DNA from: Eledone cirrhosa
Taxonomy: Eukaryota
NCBI GenBank assembly: GCA_964016885.1
Contig: OZ024744.1
Span: 49,290,001-49,354,000, forward strand
Direction: 5' to 3'
DNA: 64,000 bases
Position 1 is the stretch's first letter; every line of letters starts with the position of its first letter. A program made the position numbers and the translations under genes. Shown piece by piece: positions 45,349 through 58,323 of the stretch. The notes under the pieces are model-generated. The model was not told the DNA's origin, did not search any database, and was given only the letters and a program-made list of their open reading frames with translations.

Positions 45349-45478
45349 TTTTCCTGGATTTCGTCCTGTTCGTTGTAAAAGAGTGTCTGCGCATTAAAAC
45401 CAGGTCTAATCTGTGAACGTGTCCGGAGCTGATGTGAAAGGGTTGAGAAAGATAGTCCCGAAATCCACGCGCTTTTAC
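45349..45478 (-). CDS. Third visible exon of the carboxypeptidase (end of the transthyretin-like domain)
   Basis: Translates VKARGFRDYLSQPFHISSGHVHRLDLVLMRRHSFTTNRTKSRK (V.A.G[FY]...RLD..L pattern). Acceptor ttacAG|GTA, donor A|GTAAGT; 130 nt, phase 0-1, matching the preceding phase-0 donor. Confidence 0.8.
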
Positions 45479-48400
45479 CTGTAATATAAAATGACATATA
45501 TTTGCACACATATATATGAATATATATATTTGCATATATATATATATATATATACACATTATATATATATATCATCATAGTTTAATATCCATTTTCCATG
45601 CTTGCATAGTTTAGATGGGTTTTTATGTTATGAATTAAGTTGAGTCAGGAAAGCACGCCTTGCTCATATGGATCTGGATTGGTTTCTACAGCTGAATGCC
45701 CTTCCTAACACCAACCATGTTATGTATTTACATATACATCATATATATATACATGAAGGCACATGGCTGAGTGGTAAATCGTGATGTTGTGAGTTTGACT
45801 TCTGGACCGGGTGATGCGTTATGTCCTTGAGCAAGACAGTTTATTTCGCGTTGTTCCTTCTACTTGGAGTTGCGACCGATAGAGAGTATTAGCAGTTAGA
45901 AAGACCAATGGAGACATTGTTTCCTCAGTTCGATTTGACAAAAGTCAATCGACTGTCATATATATATATATATGTATGTATATGCCTGTGTGGGTGTGTA
46001 TTACCATCATCTACATTGTTTAACATCCATTTTCCCAGATAGCAGTGGTTGAATTTGCGGTCACACCACATACACACAACAAAAAGACGAGATCAGATCA
46101 AAGAGGAGACACAGAGGGGGAAGAAAATGTCACAAGATGTGTGATGAAAGAGCTTTGATAATTAAAAATAAATACAACAATTAAACAACCACCCAGATAC
46201 TAAATTAACCGATGAATGGATTAGTTACTTAAAAAATAATGAATTGAAGGGAAACTCAACTGGTGAATGTGTTTTTATTGGCAGCATAATGCTCCCAAAG
46301 TATAACAATATATATATTATATATCAATCAAAATGTAATTTGACTCTAATATTAGACATCTCAATGAAGATAAAATATAAAGACAAAATATCAACTCAGA
46401 GAAGAATTGATATCATGATGTCTCAGCAACAACATAGTCTTTATACTATCTATTCAATACAGTGTATAGAGTGCTGGTTTGATACCTTCTTGGGGCTTAT
46501 CAACAGGTGTAAAGAAGGTATAGCTAACACGTCTAAGAATATTTCAGACAACTACCGTTTCTAGTGGCTTCTTGATCCATTCATGCCACTATATACTTCT
46601 GCTGCATGTGTTTTCATTCTAACACCACGTGCTTTATTCACGGAGGTAGTGAAAGCAGACCTCAGAACGCTGAAGCTCATGGAGGAGATGACGAAGGACC
46701 GTGACAAGTGGAGAGATGCAGTGCTGAATAGGACCTGTCCCACCTTTGCAAGCAGGGAAAAGCGGACCTAAAATGATGATGATGATGATGATATATATAT
46801 ATACACATTCTGCCCACAACAGGACAACCCGTCTAACCCATGCTAGCGTGGAAGAACGGACATAAAACGGTGATGATGATGATACACACACATATACATA
46901 CACACATTTATATATATATACATATATATATGTTTAATGGTAGCTAAGATGCTTCCATAGGCGGTATGCCGGTTGAGCACTCTATGCTCCTACGGAGCAG
47001 AGTATGATAGAATAGAAAACGAAGAATCAGTGATGCATCGGAACTCAATTTATTAAGTATTACAATTGTTTCCCCGGCGAACAGCTCGAGGTGTGATCTG
47101 TGTGTGTGGATCTACCTGACTCTGGACTAGCAGGTTCCTCGGACGCGTCTATTGATTTCAGAGCATATACTCTTTCTGGAGTTTCTGACCCTACGGGTCT
47201 GTATCGTCCACCTTCATTCGCTTTGTGCATCCTTGGGTTGGTCATCATTATTCTGACCACTGGTAGCAGCCCGCTGACTGTCAAGGCGTGAGCTGTCACT
47301 CACAAACTGTCCCGTCAGCAAAATTACTGCCACTCACACACACACACATAGATATACTGACAGATACATACAGAGTAGCTTGTGTGCTTACGTTCACACA
47401 TACACGTACAGAAGCATACACACATATCCATGTACATACACACACATAAATAGTCACACAAATATACGCATACATGCACAGAGGCACACACACACGCACG
47501 CGTGTGTATATATACACACACATACACGCACCCATATATATATATATATATATATACATGCACACACACACACACACGTACGCATTCGTACATATACATA
47601 CACACACATGCACAGATATATATACACATACATACACATACATACACACATATGCACGTCTGCACATATATATGCCTATATACACACACACATACATATA
47701 TATACATACACACCTACCCACATGACCACACACATACGTCTTCGCACATGTATACATATACATACACACATACATATATACATATATACACATACATACC
47801 TTTATATATCTTTTTTCCCTACACATGTGCATACACACATACACACAGACTCACACATATGTATACATGTATATACACACATCTACACACATATAAAAAA
47901 ATATGCAAAGATACATGTAAGAAAAGCATATAAAGATGCACATTGGGCTGTACATGCAAAAATGCACCTTGATGTACGTGCTGACAGAGTTGATATTATG
48001 TTGCCAATGTTGATTAATCCACGTATAGACACCTCGAGCAAGGCTACATATGGGGAGTTCATGGTATTAATGTAAAGGGTATGCCCAGACTGTATATAGA
48101 AAATGCATGCAGGATATACAAAAAAATGTATGGAGAATATATAAAAAAATACATACATCTGAATTATATAAGAAAAGTATACAAAGATACACATTGGTGT
48201 GTACATGGAAAAGTACATGGGGTGTTACGTTATGGAGTGCGTGGAGAATATGCACACACCGCTGAAAAGATACACATGCAGGGAGTGCGTGAACAGGCCA
48301 TAATGGAGCATGTCACTGTGGGTGAGATAGAGTGCCTTATTGATGTATGGTATGGGACTGAATATCACTGGAGGTTGAGCCACCCAGCTCATACGATGTT

Positions 48401-50128
48401 GTTGCCTAGGATGACGTGCCAAGTCCGATAGACAGCATAGGTTGCGTCTACTTACCACACAGGGCATACATAGTCAACAAGGTATGGTGTCTAAACCCTT
48501 GGACCCGCGCCGCCGCTCAGACCAGCATCCGCCTCCCTGCATGCCTTTAGCTTGGGCTGTCCGGTTGCATCCATGCGGAGAATGTGCACCTTCTCTGATG
48601 TCTGCGCATCATGATAATCTCCGATCTCAGGTTGCCCGCATCATCCTTCAATTTGACTATCTCCATGACCTCGGATATGCATAGCCTACACTTCCTGTTT
48701 CCAGCCAAATATGCATTTGCATGTTGAACGATACTCCCGTTGAGATCATACGGGGTGCGGTTGTCTTTAAAGTCCCATATTAGGTCTGCCAACCTAATGG
48801 AGTGTCTCTTGCTCCGGTCCTTGAAAGAGTTTGTGTAATTATAGATCCTCGATTTAAAGGTCGTGGATGTTGCGCCGTGGTAGGTGCGCTTGGTGTTGTG
48901 CGCGTTAACCACACATTTGTATACTAGGTCCTTCGTTAGGCATCCTCCCTGCAGGGGGCATTGTGTGCCCGCTCTGCAGTTGCATGTTCGTCGTTATGTT
49001 GCTCATTTCCAATGCTGGGCCCCTGACAACAACATCGCATGAGCTGGGACACGGTGGCTTAACCTCCAGGGATATTCAGTCCCGTACCATACATCAACAA
49101 GGCACTCTATCTCACCCACAGTGACATGCTCCATTATGGCCTGTTCACGCACTCCCTGCATGTGTATCTTTTCAGCGGTGTGTTCATATTCTCCACGCAC
49201 TCCATAACGTAACACCCCATGTACTTTTCCATGTACACACCAATGTGTATCTTTGTATACTTTTCTTATATAATTCAGATGTATGTATTTTTTTATATAT
49301 TCTCCATACATTTTTTGTATATCCTGCATGCATTTTCTATATACAGTCTGGGCATACCCTTTACATTAATACCATGAACTCCCCATATGTAGCCTTGCTC
49401 GAGGTGTCTATACGTGGATTAATCAACATTGGCAACATAATATCAACTCTGTCAGCACGTACATCAAGGTGCATTTTTGCATGTACAGCCCAATGTGCAT
49501 CTTTATATGCTTTTCTTACATGTATCTTTGCATATTTTTTTATGTATGTGTAGATGTGTGTATATATATATATATATACATGTGTGTGAGAATATATGTG
49601 GGTCTGTGTGTGTGTGCGTGTATGCACATGTGTAGGGAAAAAATATATAAAGGTATGTATGTGTATATATATATGAACAGTTTTGCAAGAGATGTCAACA
49701 TGAATGGACCTGTTATTTTTATCTAAAGACATTTTTTCCAATTCCATCCCGCCCGTCCCCTCAATCTATTTTATTTCTCATTCTTTCTTCTGATGAAGGA
49801 CTAGCGTCTGAAACATTACAACCCTCTTTCTGCTATTTCAAGCGTTAACCTAATATATACCTTACATATACTGTACCGATTGTGTTGTTATTTCTGTTTA
49901 CCTTTTACATATATATATATAAGTATGTATACGTACATACATATATGTATACAGACGTACAGTAGTATGTATATATATATACATACGTGCACACATACAT
50001 ATATGTATGTATGGATTCACTGAACATTTATTATAATGCTCGGTGTGTTTGTAAACAAACATCCCGAATTAAGCCGTACAGTGTCTAGCAACCATCTCGT
50101 TGCTCATTTGTTCAACACTGACAAAGGA

Positions 50129-50171
50129 ACGCTGTACTAGTTTCAAGCTTATTAGCTATCGTCAGCAACGT
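50129..50171 (-). ncRNA. Minimal type I hammerhead ribozyme motif (CTAG family)
   Basis: ACGTTG-CTGACGA-T AGC taataa GCT T-GAAA-CTAG-TA-CAGCGT. Confidence 0.8.
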
Positions 50172-50534
50172 ATACTTTCCTGCCAGATGGTTGAACGTCT
50201 GAAAGTATATACTTTCCTTATGCATATTAACGGCTGAGCAGCCTAATTTGCATATCATTGAATGTTCGGTGAATCCATACGTACATATGTGTGCATGTAT
50301 GTATATATATATACATACTACTGTATGTCTGTATACACATATGAATGTACGTATACATACTTATATTTAAGTAACAGCCGTACTAAGAGTGAGAAATGAA
50401 ATTTCGTTTCATTTTTTCCGTTTATCGTTTTCGGTCGATTAACTCACTCGATATGCAAATTAGGCTGCTCAGCCGTTAATATGCATAAGGAAAGTATATA
50501 CTTTCAGATGTGCAATCATCTGGCAGGAAGGTAT

Positions 50535-50577
50535 ACGTTGCTGACGATAGTTAATAAGCTTGAAACTAGTACAGCGT
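50535..50577 (+). ncRNA. Minimal type I hammerhead ribozyme motif (inverted twin of 50129-50171)
   Basis: ACGTTG-CTGACGA-T AGT taataa GCT T-GAAA-CTAG-TA-CAGCGT. Confidence 0.8.
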
Positions 50578-50836
50578 TCCTTTGTCAGTGTTGAACAAAT
50601 GAGCAACGATGGTTGCTAGACACTACGGCTTAATTCGGGATGTTTGTTTACAAACACACCGAGCATTATAATAAATGTTTGGTGAATTCATACATACATA
50701 TATATATGTGTGCATGTATGTATATATATACATACTACTGTACGTCTGTATACATATATGTATGTACGTATACATACATATATTTAAGTAACAGCCGTAC
50801 TAAGAGTGGGAAATGAAATTTCGTTTCACTGTTTCC

Positions 50837-50885
<49 letters not shown>

Positions 50886-51996
50886 GTATATATATATGTA
50901 TATACGTGTATGTGTGTATGTATATGTATACATGTGGGTAGACGTATGTGTGTATACGTGTGTGTGGGCATATGGGTAGGTGTGTATATATATATATGTG
51001 TGTGTGTGTATATAGGCATATATATGTGCAGACGTGCATAGGTGTGTATGTATGTGTATGTATGTATATATATATATATATCTGTGCATGTGTGTGTATG
51101 CATATGTACGAACGCGTATGCGTGTGTGTGTGCATGTGTATATACATGTGCGTGTATGTGTGTGTGCCTGTGTATATGCGTGCGTATATATACACGCGCG
51201 TGTGTGCCTTTCTGTGTGCATGTATGCGTATATTTGTGTGACTATTTATGTGTGTGTGTGCGCGTGGGAGTGTGAGCTGGCAAACAGTAGTAATTTTGCC
51301 GACGGGACAGCGGGTGAGTGACAGCTCACGCCTTGACAGTCAGCGGGCTGCTACCACTGATCAGAATAATGATGACGTCACTAACCAGAGACCAACCAAA
51401 GGACGTGCAAAGCGGATGAAGGTGGACGATATAGACCTGTAGGGTCAGAAACCCCAGGAAGAGGATATGCTCCAAAATCAATAGACATGTCCGAGGAACC
51501 TGCGAGTCCAGAGTCAGATCAATCCACACACGGATCGCACCTCGAGCTGTTCGCCGGGGAAACAATTGTAGCACACAATAAATTGAGTTCCGATGCATCA
51601 CTGATTTTTCGTTTTCCATTATACACATATATATATATATATATATATAGTGTAGGTAATACAGTAAAATACTAGTGTTGGTACCAAATCAAGCACTCTA
51701 TGCACAGGCAGAGTGCAGAGTGCAGAGTGCATATAATAGAAAAATATTTATTGTAATATGCTCATTTCGCAGAGGATTGGTTCAAGGTAACCCATAGGAG
51801 TTATGGACCTGACTCCAGTACCAATCTGCTCGTCAGATTGGTGATGTGACAAAAAATCTGATGAGCAGATCAATACTGGAGTCGGGTCCATAAATCCTAT
51901 GGGTTATCTTGGTAAATCCTCTGCAAAATGCATGTAACAGGTCGATACACAATAAATATCTATCGTATGTAAATGAAACTTTCTTGTTTGCTCTAT

Positions 51997-52033
<37 letters not shown>

Positions 52034-52145
52034 GTATGAATACACACACACATACATATATATATATGTATGTAAAAGGTAAATATACATATATACACAT
52101 ACACATATATATATACATATATATACATACATATATATACACACA

Positions 52146-52185
<40 letters not shown>

Positions 52186-53219
52186 ACATACATATATACA
52201 TATATATATAAATATACATAGATATATATATATATATAAATATATATACATACATAAATATACATACATACATAAATATACGTAAATATATATATATATA
52301 TATATATATACTGTATATATATATAAATATATGTATGTATATATATATATACACATATATACACACATATATATACACACACACACATATATACATAATA
52401 TAATGGAAAGAGCCGCAGCACAAGAATTGTATCTATAAAAATATGTGTGAATAAATTGGAGCACTACCCCCTTGAGACGAAGAGAATACACACTTTTTTC
52501 CCTCTCAGGGGGTTATATATGCAATTCATGTGTCATATTTGTGTGCTTTACAACAAAAACACATTTAAATCTCCCATAAACTTCATATACTTTCTCTCAG
52601 TCTCTGTCTGTTGTATCTGTCTCTCTCTCTCTCTCTCTCTCGATATATATCATCATCTCATCATCATCTTCGTTTAACGTCCATTTTCCACGCTAGCATG
52701 GATTATATATATATATATTCATTTAATATGGCTAAGTAGTGATATTAGCCATATTAAATGAATATTTAAACTCTACTTCAGTATTGAGTACTTTTTGTCA
52801 CATCTGCCCATAATACATGTACCATCATGATCATCATCAACATTATTGTTTAACACCCATTTTTCCTTGCTAGCATGGGTTAGATAAGTTATCCTATAGT
52901 GAAATAAGTCAGATCAGGTGTCCGTTTCTTGCTCATATAGAATTGGTTCTTGCTTGGTTTCAAGGGCTGGATACACTTCCTAATGTCAACCACATTTACA
53001 GTGTGTACTGGGTGCTTTTTGTCATGATACCTACATAACCACTTTACAGTGTAGAATGGGCACTTTTTTGCCATGACACGATCACTTTATAGTGTGCACT
53101 AGGTGCTTTTTGTCATGGCACCAAAACTACCACTTTATATTGTGTGCTGGAGACTTTGGGAGGTGATGGTGCATACTAGATGCATGTTTCAACACATGCA
53201 TGGAATAAGGAGAGTCTTC

Positions 53220-53740
53220 TGTATTACTTCATAATGCCAGAGATCTCAGTCCTCTGTCATTGCCCTTGAAAAGTGCAATTATGCAAGGTCAGCTTTTATC
53301 ACCTCATCCCAAGTCTTCTTATTCCATAGCTACCATCAACTCTGAGCACTGTGCACCCTTTTATAGAGCTGTCATCTTTCATATGCATCACATGTCCATA
53401 CCAATGCAATTTCCTCTCCTGTATCAGATCCCTCTTATGCTTAATTTTTCTCTCAGTTCATTTATGCTTTGTATATTACTGTTACACATCCATCAAAGCA
53501 GGTCCTCTGCACACAGTGCCTAGGTCTCATTACCATGTAACATTGTTGTTTGTATACACGCATTATATCTGCCCTTTGTTCTGAGGGAATAACTTTTAGT
53601 AGCTAACAGCGGTAGTAGTGCCCAGAACTTTTTCCATTCCATTCTCACTCTAGCTACTCTACATTCGGAAGATCCACCTCCATGGCTGATTTTGTCACTC
53701 ACATAGCAGAAGCCATCTACTGCTTCTATGGAACACTCCA
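53220..53740 (-). mobile_element. RTE LINE 3' fragment
   Basis: ORF 53520-53741 SIEAVDGFCYVSDKISHGGGSSE..ARVR..WKKF..LLPLLATK..MLHGNET. Confidence 0.85.
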
Positions 53741-54177
53741 AGAATTTGATAAAACTCTCTCTCTATATATATATATATAAGCAGAAATATATGATGGAGA
53801 AAACAAGACTATTATCAACAAATTTGTTGATAAGAGTCTTGTTTTCTCCATCATATATTTCTGCCTATACTTGTTCTGCTTATATCCTCTGAATATTAAC
53901 TCCACTTTAATATTTAATATTGTATCTTTAGGCATTGAGCATGCTTTGCTTTGTTTTAGACATCTAACACAATATATCATATCTTCTCTGAATTTACGAT
54001 ATATTACTTCTATTTTATATGATATATCTCATATGAAATAATACAGCCAATTTTCCACACAATACATTTAGTTAGCACCCTGAGCGTTTAATTAGGAATA
54101 TACTCACTTATTTCCTAATGTTTGTTGAGTGAGTTGGAATTTGGCCGGAGTATCGTTAAAAGCTTTCTCCGATGATG

Positions 54178-54234
<57 letters not shown>

Positions 54235-54717
54235 CGGCGATGAATTAGTTTTGCGAGGTTTTTTATATGAAATCGTGTGTCGAAACAAATATTGTTATAC
54301 TTGGGGAGGGTCATATTTGTGTAATATTGCCAGAATTAATAACAGAACACACTCACTCTTTGGTTGGTTTTTGCTTCTCGCTTCTGTGTCTTTTATATCG
54401 GTAGACAGACATTCTTTTCTTTGTTTTTTGTGCCTCTCCTTTGTTCTGTCCTACGCCATCTTGTAGGAAGATGGCGTAGGACAGAACAAAGGAGAGGCAC
54501 AAAAAACAAAGAAAAGAATCCCCAGTCACTGAAGAGGTCACAGAATGTGTGACGAAAGAACTTTGACAATATATAAACAACCATCTGGTTGTGGAACCAA
54601 CCAACCAACTGGAAATTTATAAATTCCTAAATTTATAAATCTATTATAATAAATTGAAGTGAAAGCAACTGGTGCGTGTGTTTCTTATTGGCAACATGAC
54701 CCTCCCAAAGTATAACA

Positions 54718-54966
<249 letters not shown>

Positions 54967-55167
54967 ATGATAGGGACTGGGGTCCATATCATTCCACTGC
55001 AAAGAGGTCGTGTAGGTGCCACGGAAAAAAAAGCACCCAGCACTCACTGTAAATGAGGTTGGTGTTAGGAAGGGCATCCAGCTGTAGAAATCAAGCCAGA
55101 ATCAGTTCCCGTCACACCCTTGCAAGCAGGGAAAAGCGGACATAAAATGATGATGATGATGATGATG

Positions 55168-55203
<36 letters not shown>

Positions 55204-55250
55204 CAGGAAAGAAGAGTGACACGGTTTGCTATACAAAAAAGGTTTTTAAT

Positions 55251-55369
55251 CTCATTGCTGACAATTGTTTCTCTGAACTGGTAGGTCTAGAGATCGCTAC
55301 CCGCCTGTTTTCACGTCATTCGATCACTAATACATAGTTGTAACCAGTCAATTCATCAGAGCTTGTGAG
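55251..55369 (-). ncRNA. Type I hammerhead motif with extended stem II and palindromic stem III
   Basis: CTCA caa GCT-CTGATGA-at TGACTGGT...ACCAGTTCA ga-GAAA-CAATTG-TC-AGC aa TGAG. Confidence 0.65.
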
Positions 55370-55806
55370 AATGAAGGGAATATACAGGCATGGCTTCTAT
55401 ATATAGTAATGGCATTCAATCAGAACAATAACAACAATACTATTTGAAATAATCATAACATCAATCTAAGTAAGAAATTTAGTATATCTACGACTTTAGC
55501 GTGTAAAACGAGCTGACATGAGGCAGATGTATGAAATTGACATGTAAAAGCTGATATCGTATACTACTCGGAGTACCCTAACTGGACTACACCTAAGTGG
55601 ACTACCTATAACAATAATCTGTTATCCCGTATATATATATATATATTAAACATACTCTGAGGCGCATGTCAAACAATATGAAAATAGTTTACAATTCAGT
55701 GTCTACTTATGAAAGACTTTAATATGTATGACCACTGACACATGTATTAAATGTAACTACACATCTGATTTTTTTTTTATATATCAATATATCATTATCA
55801 TATTGT

Positions 55807-55994
55807 GGTGGATTGGCAGTATCGGTAGAGAGTCGGACACCATGCTTTGAAGCATAGAGTTACGTCCCTTTATGATCTGAGTTCAAATCCCGCCGAGGTT
55901 AACTTTGCCTTTCATCCTTACGGGGTCAATAAAATAAAGTACCAGTAATGTACTGGGTAATTGCTGGCCTTGTGCCTAAAATAGAAACAATTAT
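55807..55994 (+). mobile_element. Nin/Deu-like tRNA SINE
   Basis: Full SINE consensus as at 25572. Confidence 0.88.
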
Positions 55995-56024
55995 CATATG
56001 TATGTGTATATATACACATATATG

Positions 56025-56055
<31 letters not shown>

Positions 56056-56208
56056 GTATATATATGTATATATGTATATATATATATATATATTAATAAG
56101 AGGAATTCCAACTTTGTCTGATTTACTCGTTTTATTTACAATCCTTTAAAATTTATAATGGTATTATAATGAAATAGTATGATAGAATATTAAATGTTAA
56201 GTGTTAAT

Positions 56209-56247
56209 TGAACAAGTACTTTCATGCTTTCGCAATCTTCAGGTTCA
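56209..56247 (-). ncRNA. Mirror hammerhead motif in the left arm of the palindrome
   Basis: Exact reverse complement of 56321-56359. Confidence 0.8.
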
Positions 56248-56320
56248 TAATGTCTGGTGACAGTCAAGTTTGCAATTTTCAACAGTTGAAAATTGCAAAC
56301 TTGACTGTCACCACACATTA

Positions 56321-56359
56321 TGAACCTGAAGATTGCGAAAGCATGAAAGTACTTGTTCA
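56321..56359 (+). ncRNA. Minimal type I hammerhead ribozyme motif (GTAC family)
   Basis: TGAAC-CTGAAGA-T TGC gaaa GCA T-GAAA-GTAC-TT-GTTCA. Confidence 0.8.
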
Positions 56360-56510
56360 ATTAACACTTAACATTTAATATTCTATCATACTATTTCATT
56401 ATAATACCATTATAAATTTTAAAGGATTGTAAATAAAACGAGTAAATCAGACAAAGTTGGAATTCCTCTTATTAATATAATCTTCTATACACAATCATAC
56501 ACACCCGTGT

Positions 56511-56584
<74 letters not shown>

Positions 56585-56610
56585 ACTTATATATGCATAT
56601 ATACATATAG

Positions 56611-58118
56611 AAACAGTCAGCAAGGTTAGAATTAACAACGAATATAGTGAAGAGTTTAGTGTAAAAGTTGGTGTACATCAGGGCTCTGTTCTTAGCCCCG
56701 TACTATTTATTATTGCCCTTCAGGCTATAACAGTGGAGTTCAAGACCGGCTACCCATGGGAACTCCTATACGCAGATGATCTAACGCTCATAGCTGAATC
56801 AATGGCCGAGCTAGAGAAGAAATTCCAAACATGGAAGCATGGCCTAGAATCAAAAGGCCTTAAAATTAACCTGGCTAAGACTAAAGTTCTAGTTTGTAGG
56901 AAAGAAAATAAGACGACGGTCCCTTCCGGGAAATGGCCATGCTCAGTGTGTAGGAAAGGTGTAGGTAGAAACTCCATTTTATGTCCCAAATGCAAAGTAT
57001 GGGTGCATAAAAGATGTAGTGGGATCACAGGTAAGCTAACTAAGAACATAGATTTTACATGTGGCCGGTGCTCTGGTGCAATAAGTAGCAGCAAGCGCCC
57101 ACAAAATACTAGCTCTTTCAATTGCGCAGAGGGTTCTATAGAAATAGAGGATAGCTTCCGTTACCTGGGTGACAAAATCAGCAGTGGGGGAGGGTGCTCT
57201 GAAAGTACAGTAGCTAGAGTCAGAACTGGATGGAAAAAGTTCAGAGAGCTTATACCACTATTAGCCACTAAAGGGTTCTCCCTAAAAATGAAAGGCAGGT
57301 TGTATGATGCCTGCATACGAACAGCAATGTTGCATGGCAGTGAGACCTGGGCATTGTGTGCAGAGGGTATACGCAGACTAGAGAGGAACGAAGCTTGCAT
57401 GCTCCGCTGGATGTGTAATAGTAACATACGTGAACGGCAAAGCATAAGCGAACTAAGGAAAAAATTAGAAATAAGAGGGATCAGATGTTGTTTACTCGAG
57501 AGAAGGCTACGTTGGTATGGTCACGTGATGCGCATGAAAGACGACAGCTGTATAACAAAGTGCAGGGCAATAAAGATAGACGGTAGCTACGGAGTAGGTA
57601 GACCCAGAAAAACCTGGGACGAGCTGATAAATTCCGACCTCACACACTTACACCTCTCCAAGACAATGTCACTGGACCGAGACCTTTGGCGGTACTCAGT
57701 AATAGAGAAGACCCGCCTTACCTAAATACAAAGTAAAACCTACTACAGTCAGTAGGCATCTCTAACAAAATACACCCCCGTCCCACCACCCCGACCCCAT
57801 CCACACCGCCCCTTTCAATGTAAAGTTATGTTGGTGCCACAACATCCAGGCCGAAACAAATGAGATCGTGTAGGGGTCACGATAAAAAAACACACAGTCC
57901 ACGCTGTAATGTGGCCGTGTAGGCAACACGGTAAAAACCTCCCAGTCCCACACTGTAAATGTGGTTGGTGTTAGGAAGGGCATCCAGCTGTAGAAAACCC
58001 GCCAGACAGTCCTATGCGAGCAAGACAACCACTCTTGCCTCAAGTGGGAAAACCCCCGTCCAAACCCATGCAAGCGTGGAACACGGACGTTAAACGTTGA
58101 TGATGATGATGATGATGA
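56611..58118 (+). mobile_element. Young 5'-truncated RTE-clade LINE: RT C-half with embedded PHD-like finger, 3' UTR and (GAT)n tail
   Basis: Open frame from about 56611 to 57725: VGVHQGSVLSP, LYADD, CSVC..CPKC..VHKRC..CGRC, FRYLG, HGSETW, RLRWYGHVMR, GRPRKTW. Confidence 0.93.
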
Positions 58119-58130
58119 CATATACATATA

Positions 58131-58162
<32 letters not shown>

Positions 58163-58180
58163 CATAAGCACAAATCTTAC

Positions 58181-58323
58181 CTTTAATATATAATCCCCAG
58201 GTAACAATAGACGCCAATATTCACCATATCTTGAAGAACGGAACGTTATATAGCGATCATCTACGCTAAGTTTAGCTTTGGCTACAGGCTGACCTCTTTC
58301 ATCCAATATTAACCCTTTGACAC
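58181..58323 (-). CDS. Next exon of the carboxypeptidase (start of the transthyretin-like domain)
   Basis: Translates GVKGLILDERGQPVAKAKLSVDDRYITFRSSRYGEYWRLLLPGDYILK (GEYWRLLLPG is the family hallmark). Acceptor gacAG|GT, donor AAG|GTAAG; 143 nt, phase 1-0, in frame with the upstream exon. Confidence 0.95.

Larger units (their letters stand above)
47010..51615 (-). mobile_element. Penelope-like element: GIY-YIG fragment (about 48547-48990) between ~1.4-kb inverted pLTRs, the right arm interrupted at about 49680-50880
   Basis: CNCRAGTQCPLQGGCLTKDLVYKC..YHGAT..FKSR..CRLCISE. 47780-48405 mirrors 49020-49670 and 47010-47790 mirrors 50885-51615. Confidence 0.88.
56089..56479. repeat. Near-perfect ~390-bp palindrome centred at 56284
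   Basis: The arms are reverse complements with one visible mismatch (tgtCtggtga versus tcaccaCaca). Confidence 0.95.

Noticed and set aside
47880-48431. ORFs of 108-128 aa duplicated at 49003-49747 as a small gene pair
   Set aside because: They are mirror images inside the inverted pLTR arms, with no recognisable domain.
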